From positions 18,872-82,871 of the IMG/VR virus record IMGVR_UViG_2602041664_000001: 64,000 nucleotides of DNA. One strand, written 5' to 3'. Below the pieces are notes generated by a model. That model made no database searches and was not told the origin of the DNA. It worked only from the letters and a program-made list of their open reading frames with translations. The translations under genes were made by a program, and so were the position numbers. Numbering within the stretch: position 1 is the first letter of the stretch; every line of letters starts with the position of its first letter. The DNA comes from a virus. Taxonomy: Duplodnaviria; Caudoviricetes. This document shows, piece after piece, positions 16,815-25,627 of the stretch.

Positions 16815-18356
16815 ATGAACGGATTACTTGAAATATTAACGACACGCAAATGGATGATCTCACCAGAGTTTGTTCATTCTATTCGTGAAGTTGTTGAGCG
16901 TAATATGAATGGACATGCTTCCCTTAGTTTAGGTGTTAAGTCTATGGGATACACTGCTGCTGTTGGTAGTAATGGTATTGTTGAGTATGCAACTGATGAA
17001 GAAGGTGTTGGTGCTTGGGAGCCTAAGAATATGACTAAGCCCTTCTTTAATGTCGTTTCCGTTGACGGTCCTATTACACGTAATGGCGGTGCTTGTAGCT
17101 ATGGCTCTATTGAATTTCGTGATATGGTTTTCGAGGCAGCTAACAATCCTTTGTGCCTCGGTCATCTCTTTGTTATCAATACGCCTGGCGGTTCAGCTTG
17201 GGCAAAGAACGACTTTCAGCAGGCTATTGATTATGCACATGACAGGAACCAGCCTGTATTGGCTTTTGTAGATGGAATGTGTTGCTCGGCTGGTATGTAT
17301 CTCGCTGCTTTGTGTGACGAACGCTATTACATGCACCCAAAGGATGAAATTGGTTGTATTGGTGTAATGGCTGCTTTCTACACACAGAAAGACGGTAGCA
17401 AGAACGAATATACAAACGAGACCTACCACGAACTCTATGACCCAGAGTCTTTTGAAAAGAACAAGTGGGTTCGTGATGTCGCTAATGACGATAAGACTGA
17501 CTTACTTGTTGCTGACCTTGCTGCCTTAGGCGTTGAGTTTCGTGCAGACGTAAAGGCTAACTGTCCTAATGCGACTGACGAGCATTTACACGGTAAAATC
17601 TTTGCCGCTGAAGACGTTAAGGGCATCCTTATGGACGGTCAGAGTACAGTGCTTGGCTGTTTCCAAAGAATTAAGTTGTTGGCTAAGCAACGTGGAAATA
17701 AAGCCTCTGAATCTTTGAGTGAACAATCAAAATCAAATTTGAATATGGATAAGAAGTATCAGAACATTGCTACTGCGTGTGGCGTGAACGAGTTGGTTAT
17801 TACAGAGGAAGGTACACATCTCGACCTCTCTTTGTGCGATAAGCTCGCTGAGACGCTTGGTCAGGCTGAGGAAACTAAGACAGCTCTTGACAAGGCGAAC
17901 GAGACTATTAAGGGTTTGGAACAGCAGTTAGAGGAAACGAAAGCGGCATCCGAACAGGAGAGAAACAACGACTTTAAAGGTCTGAAGAAAGAGCAGGAGG
18001 CAGCTATTGCGGCTCTTACCGAGGCTAACGAGAAGGCTATGGCAGAGGCAAAGGCTGAATCTGACAAGGCTATCGAGGCTTTGAAGAGTGAACTTGATGC
18101 TGCTAAGACTACTCTGAAAGAGGCTGAGCAGAAGATTGCTGACCGTGACGAGCAGATTCAGACTTTGACAGCAGCCCCTGCTGAGACTGAGGGCGAGGAA
18201 AGTCCTGCTTCTAATGGTACTGGTGCTGAGCAGTCACACTTGGTAACTGGCGTTCCTCAGTATGACCCAACAAAGTCACCATCAGAGAACAGACGTGCAA
18301 TGGAAGAGTACGAGCGTAAGTTGCAGGCAACTATTGGCTCTAAAACCTCAATCTAA
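16815..18356 (+). CDS. S49 (SppA/ClpP-like) prohead protease with C-terminal coiled-coil scaffold
   Basis: VDGPITR, INTPGGSA, FVDGMCCSAGMYLAALCD, IGCIGVM; Ala/Glu/Lys coiled coil after ~aa 310. Confidence 0.9.
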   Translation: MNGLLEILTTRKWMISPEFVHSIREVVERNMNGHASLSLGVKSMGYTAAVGSNGIVEYATDEEGVGAWEPKNMTKPFFNVVSVDGPITRNGGACSYGSIEFRDMVFEAANNPLCLGHLFVINTPGGSAWAKNDFQQAIDYAHDRNQPVLAFVDGMCCSAGMYLAALCDERYYMHPKDEIGCIGVMAAFYTQKDGSKNEYTNETYHELYDPESFEKNKWVRDVANDDKTDLLVADLAALGVEFRADVKANCPNATDEHLHGKIFAAEDVKGILMDGQSTVLGCFQRIKLLAKQRGNKASESLSEQSKSNLNMDKKYQNIATACGVNELVITEEGTHLDLSLCDKLAETLGQAEETKTALDKANETIKGLEQQLEETKAASEQERNNDFKGLKKEQEAAIAALTEANEKAMAEAKAESDKAIEALKSELDAAKTTLKEAEQKIADRDEQIQTLTAAPAETEGEESPASNGTGAEQSHLVTGVPQYDPTKSPSENRRAMEEYERKLQATIGSKTSI

Positions 18357-18402
18357 GGTGTTCTTCCCATAAAAAGTATTCATTCAATAAACTTATAAAG
18401 AT

Positions 18403-19677
18403 ATGGCAAAAGCAGAATTTATTGGTCTTCACGCACTGACTCACATTGCTGATCAGTTCGCACCACAGATTATCATGGGTGCAAGCTACTTCCGTCCTGA
18501 AGAGATGGACCGCCTGCACATTAAGGTGATTTCTGGTATTCAGTTCCGCAACACTGCAACGGTGATGGCTCGTAAGGGCGGTACCACTCGACGCAAAGTT
18601 GTTGGCAAAAAGGTTGATAATCCTATTGGCTTCTTGAAGGAGCGTGTTCTTACAGCTAAGCTGACTATGAACCGCTTCAGCGACAATCAGGATAACTATG
18701 TTGAGACACCTTACCAAGTGGAAGGTAGTTCAGACTACAGCTATCCTATGTCAGAAGCAGCATTCAAGGCTATCACCGCTACCTATGGTGAAGACTTGTT
18801 TGCAAACCTCTTCCATGGCGATCTTGCCAATGATGAGAACGGAGAGAAGGGTGCTCTTTCTTTGTTCGACGGCTTCCTGACTTGCATTAAGCATGATGTC
18901 GAGGATGGTCTTATCAGTGAAGCAATGGGTAACCTTGTTAACTGTGATGCTATTACTGCTCCTACTTCATCTACTGACACCGCAGCTTGGGACGCTTTTT
19001 GTGCATGGCAACAGAAGTGGAATGGCTCATTGAAGAACCAGCTCAAGGTCATTGTTTACTGCTCTACTAAGACAGGAACGGCTTTAGCGAGAGCATACGC
19101 TAACGTTTGGCACGGCAATCAAGGTGTAAGATACCTTCAGGTGAACGGTATCGAAACTTACAACTTTACCGTACCAGAGTACCCTAACATCGAGTTCGCT
19201 CCATCGGATATTTATGGTGAAGGTGACAAGTTGATTGCTACCACCCCAGAAAACTTCCAGTATGGTGTAAACAGCGAAGACAGTCGAAGCAAAATCTCTG
19301 TCAAGTTGGGTAGCGACACTGATAACCTCGATATTACCTTCCAGGTAGAGAGTATTCAGGGAGCTCGTCTCCTTAATCCGTTTGCTTCTGCGTTCTGTAT
19401 GAGTAACGGTACTCTTGTTGAGAAGGTTGTTCTTGGTGACTTCACTCGTGCTATTTTCGCTGTTTCTGCGAATGACGACGCACTTGGTACTGTAACGGTC
19501 AATAGTGCTGCACCAGATCCTAAGAAGGACTACGCTGCTAACGAAACACTTACTTTGAAGGCAACTCCAAAGGGAAGTAATAAGTTCGTTAAATGGAGCA
19601 ACGGTAAGACTACTCCAGAAATCACCGTTGTAACAACTGGTTATCCAGACGCTATTGTTGCGCTTTTCTCTAAGTAA
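18403..19677 (+). CDS. Major capsid protein with C-terminal Ig-like/B-repeat domain
   Basis: Follows protease/scaffold; LSLFDGF motif; C-terminal GTVT...YAANETLTLKATP...FVKWSNG. Confidence 0.75.
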   Translation: MAKAEFIGLHALTHIADQFAPQIIMGASYFRPEEMDRLHIKVISGIQFRNTATVMARKGGTTRRKVVGKKVDNPIGFLKERVLTAKLTMNRFSDNQDNYVETPYQVEGSSDYSYPMSEAAFKAITATYGEDLFANLFHGDLANDENGEKGALSLFDGFLTCIKHDVEDGLISEAMGNLVNCDAITAPTSSTDTAAWDAFCAWQQKWNGSLKNQLKVIVYCSTKTGTALARAYANVWHGNQGVRYLQVNGIETYNFTVPEYPNIEFAPSDIYGEGDKLIATTPENFQYGVNSEDSRSKISVKLGSDTDNLDITFQVESIQGARLLNPFASAFCMSNGTLVEKVVLGDFTRAIFAVSANDDALGTVTVNSAAPDPKKDYAANETLTLKATPKGSNKFVKWSNGKTTPEITVVTTGYPDAIVALFSK

Positions 19678-19753
19678 TAATTATTAAGTCTATCGGCAGA
19701 GGACTTTTCTCTGCCGAAGACTTTTAGTAATAAAGAAATAAAAGATTATATAT

Positions 19754-20326
19754 ATGGCAGTAACAGTTCAGTGCCCAACTATGGGTGATATTCTCGCCGG
19801 CAATCAGTGCTTGGAGAATTTTGCTGGTCTTGGTTCTACGGTTTATGTTGGTCTGAAAGAAGACTTGACTGAGCCAATGAAACTGACCGACGGTGTTTAC
19901 TCAACCCCTAAGTTTAAGAGTGGTAAAGGTCTTTATCGTTTTGACTGTAAAGACGATGCTCAGCAGATTCAGGGTTCTTCTCTGAAGAATAACAAGGGTT
20001 TTGAGTTGACTGGTCATTTTGTTATCGACGCAGTTAGTAAGCTCACGGCTAAGTATTCACGTTCAGTGAATAACCTTAAGTTGTTCTTCATCTTCCTTGA
20101 TGGTGAGGAAGACTCTCAGATTTTGTACGACCCAACTCGCAACGTTCGTTTCGATGATGGTGGTATTAAGTCTGATACTGGTAAGGAAGCTAAGGATGAA
20201 CGTACAACGACTTTCGAGTGCAAGCTCGGTCCTGTTCGCTATGATCATCTCTACGTTACCCCACCAACTACAGGTGGTTGGGATTCTCTCCTTGCTAACA
20301 AGGGTACTGTAAGCCCTGGTGGATAA
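19754..20326 (+). CDS. Structural protein, probable tail tube
   Basis: 190 aa, beta-rich, follows the capsid gene; highly biased codons. Confidence 0.55.
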   Translation: MAVTVQCPTMGDILAGNQCLENFAGLGSTVYVGLKEDLTEPMKLTDGVYSTPKFKSGKGLYRFDCKDDAQQIQGSSLKNNKGFELTGHFVIDAVSKLTAKYSRSVNNLKLFFIFLDGEEDSQILYDPTRNVRFDDGGIKSDTGKEAKDERTTTFECKLGPVRYDHLYVTPPTTGGWDSLLANKGTVSPGG

Positions 20327-20382
20327 GTTAATATTTTTACCTGCCTAATAAATGGACTGATAGGTTTTTTATGTTTAGGGTT

Positions 20383-20424
20383 GCCCCTCACGTTTGGAAG
20401 TGTCCGTTCGTGAGGGGCTTTTTT
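20383..20424 (+). terminator. Rho-independent terminator
   Basis: GCCCCTCACG...CGTGAGGGGC-TTTTTT. Confidence 0.85.
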
Positions 20425-20504
20425 GTGTCCATTCTTTTTGGATAAGTTTCTGGTCTAAAAAGCTCCTATTGTTACGTCTTTTGCTTTATGCACCTTCCCC
20501 TTTT

Positions 20505-20539
20505 TGTCCTATACAGGGGAAGTTATCTTATTACCTTTG
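20505..20539 (+). promoter_or_regulatory. Phage-type promoter TGTCC-N22-TACCTTTG
   Basis: Same spacing; upstream of the terminase operon. Confidence 0.7.
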
Positions 20540-20597
20540 TATAGAACAAAAGCAAATCAGAGAATGTTTCTCATTAAGTTTCATAGACTTTTAGCGA

Positions 20598-21710
20598 ATG
20601 GATAAACTCTTTTCTACATTAAGTGCAGAAGAACGACAGGCGTGGATAGCTGATTTTCAAACGTGGGTAGCATCTAAGTTTCCTGTATTGGAAGATGCGT
20701 CGTGTGCTTGGTCATCTGAAGATAGAGAGCAAATGGTGTATGGGTTAAACTTGATTAATGCCTTTCCTTTCTGTCGTTCCTTTGTCGCAGATTCCTTGAT
20801 GTTCCAAGACTATAATAGGCGTGTGACAGCGATGCGCCGTTGTATTAATCAAGTCTTAGAGGAGATTAAGAAGGAAGTATCATTACAGGCTATAGACCTC
20901 TCAGACCCGAAATTACTTGTTCGTCATCGTGGTAGACCTACAAAGTTAGAGCAAAAAGCCCGTGCTTTGGAGGAAGAACGAAAACAGAAAGAAGCCGAAG
21001 TTGAACACCCTTCTTTGTTTGAAGAAGACGAGATGAAGAACGAGCCTGTTGCACTTCATACAGTAAGTGGTGCTGCTGGTTATGGTACTTTGTTTCATCT
21101 TGATCAGTGGAAGTGGTTAATGAGTAAAGATTTGCAAGAGGCTGTTGATACGATTCGTGATTTGCGCTCAAATGCTGCTGCTGCCGCTGAGAAAGCCAAG
21201 GCTTTGGCTGAAGCTGGTGTTGAGCCAGATAAGGTGAGTGTTTATGCTAAAGAAGCTGCTAAGAGTACCGAAGCCTATGAGCGTATCTATGAACGTGTAG
21301 ATAATGAGTTAGCTACTGTTTATGTTCGTTTGAAAGAGGATAGCACCTATAAGACACAGATGCTAAAACGAAAGGTGCAAATACCAGAGTTACGTTCTTT
21401 GTTGCGTCCTTATTACGACCGACAGCCTGAAGGATTTAAGGATAAGGTTATTCAAAGTATTATGGATAATGATCCTCGTCAGGCTGCTATTCGTGATAAG
21501 CGTAAAGCCTTGAAATGTCGTGTTGATGCAATACGTAAGTATCTTTTACGCACTGATAAGCCTAATACTCCTAAACGTATTAAGACTATGACAGAAAGAA
21601 TTAAAGAACTGGAGAAACTTATAGGCAAAGCAGAAACAGAACCTTACTATAAGGTGTTAGAGGCTGCAAAGAATAATCCTTATGTGAAACCTAAAAAGAC
21701 AAAAGCATAA
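20598..21710 (+). CDS. Hypothetical helical protein
   Basis: 370-aa ORF heading the terminase operon. Confidence 0.8.
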   Translation: MDKLFSTLSAEERQAWIADFQTWVASKFPVLEDASCAWSSEDREQMVYGLNLINAFPFCRSFVADSLMFQDYNRRVTAMRRCINQVLEEIKKEVSLQAIDLSDPKLLVRHRGRPTKLEQKARALEEERKQKEAEVEHPSLFEEDEMKNEPVALHTVSGAAGYGTLFHLDQWKWLMSKDLQEAVDTIRDLRSNAAAAAEKAKALAEAGVEPDKVSVYAKEAAKSTEAYERIYERVDNELATVYVRLKEDSTYKTQMLKRKVQIPELRSLLRPYYDRQPEGFKDKVIQSIMDNDPRQAAIRDKRKALKCRVDAIRKYLLRTDKPNTPKRIKTMTERIKELEKLIGKAETEPYYKVLEAAKNNPYVKPKKTKA

Positions 21711-22447
21711 TGAGCAGACCTTCGCAAAACTACCTTGATAAGGTAGAAAAGTGGTTAATGGGTGGGTTAACCCTTGACCGTATGGCAATGACCCTTGATC
21801 AGAAATTTCGTGCTAAGTTGGTTTATGAAGCATATCAAGTATGGTTGCAAGATAAACAGATACGTCCTACCGACCTTATGCGTCGTCTTGCAGCCCGTGA
21901 ATATCCCATTTTGTTACAGAAGGCAGGTGAGGGAGATGAAGCCGCTTTAGAGGTTGTTCGTCTGCTGAATATCCGTGAAGGGGTACCACGTAGCTTTACT
22001 GAAATATCTAATGATGTTTCTGTGTTCAATTGGATTGTAGGGCGTTTTGATACAGGTATAGAACATATTGAGAAGGCGAAAGTCGTTGATGCGTCTGATT
22101 GGCTTATTCGTGAAGGAATGAAGATGGGTGATGTCCGTGCGGTAAAGAGTGGTGCAGATATAAAGATGCAACTTAACAACAACTTCAATGAAAAAGAAGA
22201 TGCTGCCTCTAAAATGCCAACGACCGAGATTAATATTACAGGTGATGTTTCTATTATTAAGAGTGACAGAGTGAATTATACGCCTGAAGAGCGTAAGCGT
22301 CTTGCTAAGCGTTTCAATCTTTCAGAGAAGGAGTTTACGGATATGATCCAAAATGAAGATGGTACGTGGGAAATGCCAGCAGAAGATACAGAGAAGGATT
22401 TTACTCCTGATGTTTTCGACCCGACACAAGAACAACGTCCATTATAA
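21710..22447 (+). CDS. Putative terminase small subunit
   Basis: Position directly upstream of TerL; helical with acidic tail. Confidence 0.5.
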   Translation: MSRPSQNYLDKVEKWLMGGLTLDRMAMTLDQKFRAKLVYEAYQVWLQDKQIRPTDLMRRLAAREYPILLQKAGEGDEAALEVVRLLNIREGVPRSFTEISNDVSVFNWIVGRFDTGIEHIEKAKVVDASDWLIREGMKMGDVRAVKSGADIKMQLNNNFNEKEDAASKMPTTEINITGDVSIIKSDRVNYTPEERKRLAKRFNLSEKEFTDMIQNEDGTWEMPAEDTEKDFTPDVFDPTQEQRPL

Positions 22448-22459
22448 AGACCTAAGATT

Positions 22460-24445
22460 ATGCAGCGACGTGACGTATATATGAACCATAAACAGCAGCA
22501 GATATTCTATGCGAATGCACGGGATGTCCGTCTTCTTGCTGCTCGTCGATTTGGAAAGACTGATGGCTCTATTGGTCCGCGTATCTACTCTGTTAGTATG
22601 AGTATGCCACGTGGAACTAATCTCTGGTTGGGAAATAGCCGTAAGCAGCTTTACACAAGAACGGTACCTGGTACGATAGCGGCTATTGAGCGTTTCTTTG
22701 GTTTACGTGAAGGTGAACACTTTGGATGGGGAAGACCGCCACGTTGGGTGTCGAAGCCTATCTTACAACCTAAGACATGGGATAACGTGATATGGTTTGC
22801 CAATGGTAGTATTTGGCAACTTATCTCTTTGGCTGTTTCTGGTTCTGCAAACAGTATTACCGCAAATTCTATTGTGGCCGATGAGTGTAAGTTTATGTCG
22901 AAGTCTAAGATTGACGGAGAGGTTATGCCAGCCCTCTCAGGTATAACGCATCCGCTTGCAGATCCTGCTTTCTCTGAAAGTAATCCTTTGTATAAGTCGA
23001 CTTTCTTTGCCTCTGATGCGTCTTTAACGGCTAAAGGTAACTGGCTGGAGAAAGAAGAAGATAAGCTTGACCTTGAACTAACTGACGGCATATTTAAGGG
23101 AAAAACCTATCGTGACATACAAAATGAACTAACATATTATGCTGATAGGGTTATTTACTTCAATGAACTTCTGCGCAATGCAAAAGCAACAGGGCGTGAG
23201 GTTATGGTTGTCAGACCTGAAAAGCGTGCTGCTATTCAAGCGTTAGCGGCTCAGGCGATAGCTCATGAAGGACCTTTCAAGATTATGCCACGTAATTGGA
23301 AGAACATAAATAAGTCGTTCGTCGATATGCTTATCAATTATAAACTTATCGACCCCAATGATGCCGAAATGCTCTTTAATCACGAGTACTTGATAACTCC
23401 TGATGAGCATTTTGAACTTTCTATGCTTCGCAATTCAAAGAAATATGCACGACACATAAACGACCTACGTTGTAATGCTTTCGCTTTTTATCGTGCATCG
23501 ACGTTTGATAACATAGACTTGATAGGTGCTGATTATATTGCGAAGATGAAACGTGACTTGCCGCCAGTTGTCTTTGCTATTTCTATTGGAAATATGAAGG
23601 CTGTTAAGAGCAATGACGGTTTTTATTCCAATCTTGATATAGAACACGTCCACGGTTACATACCTGACGACTGTCCGGCTATTGAGAACGCTATGCACCT
23701 TCGTATAGCAAGTACGGTAAGCGGGGGATGTAAGATAGATACTGAATACGAAACACCCGATTTTAGAGAGCTACAGGAAGTAAAGGATTGTACGCTTGAT
23801 GGTGATGTAATTGAAAACCAACCGCTTTATATTTCCTTTGACTTTAATGCAAACATAAACTGGGTTGTAACAGGGCAGCAGTATAAGCGTGATGGAGTTG
23901 ATGCCTTAAATGTGGTATCTTCTATGTTTGTTAAGAATGAACGTAAGTTGCGTGAGCTGTTGCAAGATTGGAATAAGTATTACACTCCGCATCGTTCTCA
24001 TTGCAAGGAGGTGTTTTTCTTCTATGATTCTACTGCTAAATTCAAAGTTTACGCAGTGCAATCTGAAGATTATAAGGACACCATTATAGCCGACCTGACT
24101 AAGTATGGTTGGACGGTACATCCTATAGATATGGGTTCTCCTATGCAACATGAGCAGAAATACAAAGAGATTAACGAGTGCCTTGCTGGTGCTGCTTATC
24201 CTGCTGTTCGCTTTAATAGAGATAACAATGAGGCTTTGATTGTTGCTTTACAGACTGCCGAGGTTAGTATCGGTTATAAAGGATTTAGAAAAGACAAGTC
24301 AGGTGAGAAACTCAGCGAGGAAGCCGATGATGCGGTAAGATTGGAATATAGAACGGACGGCACTGATGCTTTCGACACTTTACTTATTGGTGTTAAGCGT
24401 TTTCTATACCGTATGAGTGGAATGTGTTTCCCAAGTGGAACATAA
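22460..24445 (+). CDS. terL: Terminase large subunit
   Basis: Walker A RRFGKT, Walker B SIVADE, nuclease YISFDFN and TDGTDAFD. Confidence 0.9.
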   Translation: MQRRDVYMNHKQQQIFYANARDVRLLAARRFGKTDGSIGPRIYSVSMSMPRGTNLWLGNSRKQLYTRTVPGTIAAIERFFGLREGEHFGWGRPPRWVSKPILQPKTWDNVIWFANGSIWQLISLAVSGSANSITANSIVADECKFMSKSKIDGEVMPALSGITHPLADPAFSESNPLYKSTFFASDASLTAKGNWLEKEEDKLDLELTDGIFKGKTYRDIQNELTYYADRVIYFNELLRNAKATGREVMVVRPEKRAAIQALAAQAIAHEGPFKIMPRNWKNINKSFVDMLINYKLIDPNDAEMLFNHEYLITPDEHFELSMLRNSKKYARHINDLRCNAFAFYRASTFDNIDLIGADYIAKMKRDLPPVVFAISIGNMKAVKSNDGFYSNLDIEHVHGYIPDDCPAIENAMHLRIASTVSGGCKIDTEYETPDFRELQEVKDCTLDGDVIENQPLYISFDFNANINWVVTGQQYKRDGVDALNVVSSMFVKNERKLRELLQDWNKYYTPHRSHCKEVFFFYDSTAKFKVYAVQSEDYKDTIIADLTKYGWTVHPIDMGSPMQHEQKYKEINECLAGAAYPAVRFNRDNNEALIVALQTAEVSIGYKGFRKDKSGEKLSEEADDAVRLEYRTDGTDAFDTLLIGVKRFLYRMSGMCFPSGT

Positions 24446-24472
24446 ATGCAAACTATATTCTTGTGTATTTCA

Positions 24473-24578
24473 AAAGTGTACACTTTCGAGATACTAAAGT
24501 GTACACTTACGTGATATGAATGTGTACACTTTGGAGATATGAAAGTGTACACTTTAGCACAGCCAAAGTGTACACTTT
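24473..24578. repeat. Array A2: five AAAGTGTACACTTT palindromes, exact 23-bp period
   Basis: Copies start at 24473, 24496, 24519, 24542, 24565. Confidence 0.95.
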
Positions 24579-24609
24579 GGTATCACTGATAAACTTTAAG
24601 TAGTCCACC

Positions 24610-24623
24610 CTTGCTATAGCAAG
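24610..24623. repeat. Single perfect B-type palindrome CTTGCTATAGCAAG
   Basis: Matches the consensus of array B1. Confidence 0.75.
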
Positions 24624-24651
24624 TGGTATATAGATAAAGGTTAAGTAGATT

Positions 24652-25245
24652 ATGACTAAAGACTGGACAGGAAACGGAGCTTCTTTATTTAAGACGATTG
24701 GCGCAAGTAATCATTGTGCACATGAACGTCAGCCGGACGATTATTACGCAACAGAACCGAAGGCTACAGAGTGGCTTTTGAAGTTAGAACGCTTTGAGGG
24801 TCCTATCCTTGAACCTTCATGTGGAGAGGGGCACATATCGAAGGTACTTATAGATGGGGGTTATCAGGTTGTGAGTCGTGACTTAATAGACCGTGGCTAT
24901 GGCTCTGTTGCCGATTTTCTTTCTAAGGATAACACAGAATGGAATGGCGACATTGTTACCAATCCTCCTTATAAATATGCACAAGAGTTCGTTGAGAAAG
25001 CGTTGGAGATAATACCAGAGGGGCATAAAGTTGCAATGTTTCTTAAACTACAATTCTTGGAAGGTAAGCATCGTAGAATGTTGTTTGAATCTATGCCTCC
25101 TAAGCGTGTCTGGGTGAGTACGTCACGATTAAAGTGTGCGATGAATGGCGACTTTGATAGTGTTGGCGGAAGTGCTACTGCTTATGCTTGGTTTGTTTGG
25201 GAGAAAGGCTTCAGTGGCGACCCTATTATAAAGTGGTTTAATTAA
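24652..25245 (+). CDS. DNA N6-adenine (amino) methyltransferase
   Basis: DYYATEP, ILEPSCGEG (SAM binding), IVTNPPY catalytic motif. Confidence 0.9.
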   Translation: MTKDWTGNGASLFKTIGASNHCAHERQPDDYYATEPKATEWLLKLERFEGPILEPSCGEGHISKVLIDGGYQVVSRDLIDRGYGSVADFLSKDNTEWNGDIVTNPPYKYAQEFVEKALEIIPEGHKVAMFLKLQFLEGKHRRMLFESMPPKRVWVSTSRLKCAMNGDFDSVGGSATAYAWFVWEKGFSGDPIIKWFN

Positions 25246-25249
25246 CTTC

Positions 25250-25284
25250 TGTCCTACCTTTATCTTTCGTCTTTCTTACCTTTG
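25250..25284 (+). promoter_or_regulatory. Phage-type promoter TGTCC-N22-TACCTTTG
   Basis: Same spacing; upstream of the portal operon. Confidence 0.7.
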
Positions 25285-25305
25285 TTATAACAAAACATCA
25301 AGGAT

Positions 25306-25623
25306 ATGCCGTACAAACAACCGCAGCAATCGTTTCAGTCTTTGCGCAATTATACAGAGAAATTCTCTTGGATAGAAGAGCGAACAGGACTACGTACGAC
25401 AGGATATAACCCACCAAAGGGAGCGCAGGATGTACAGCGTGTTCCCTTCTTTGTACGTTTTGTTACTCAGAGTGGACGGCTTGAAGAGGGTAACGTGGTC
25501 TGTTTGAAAGTAAATAGACGTAGGCATCAACGAATGATTCAGTTTGTTGAAAGTCAAGAGATACGCATCCTCTGTGATTATCTTGTTATTGAAGTCGATG
25601 GTATAAGAATTTTAACGCATTAA
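25306..25623 (+). CDS. Hypothetical protein preceding the portal
   Basis: 105-aa ORF. Confidence 0.75.
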   Translation: MPYKQPQQSFQSLRNYTEKFSWIEERTGLRTTGYNPPKGAQDVQRVPFFVRFVTQSGRLEEGNVVCLKVNRRRHQRMIQFVESQEIRILCDYLVIEVDGIRILTH

Positions 25624-25627
25624 GGAT

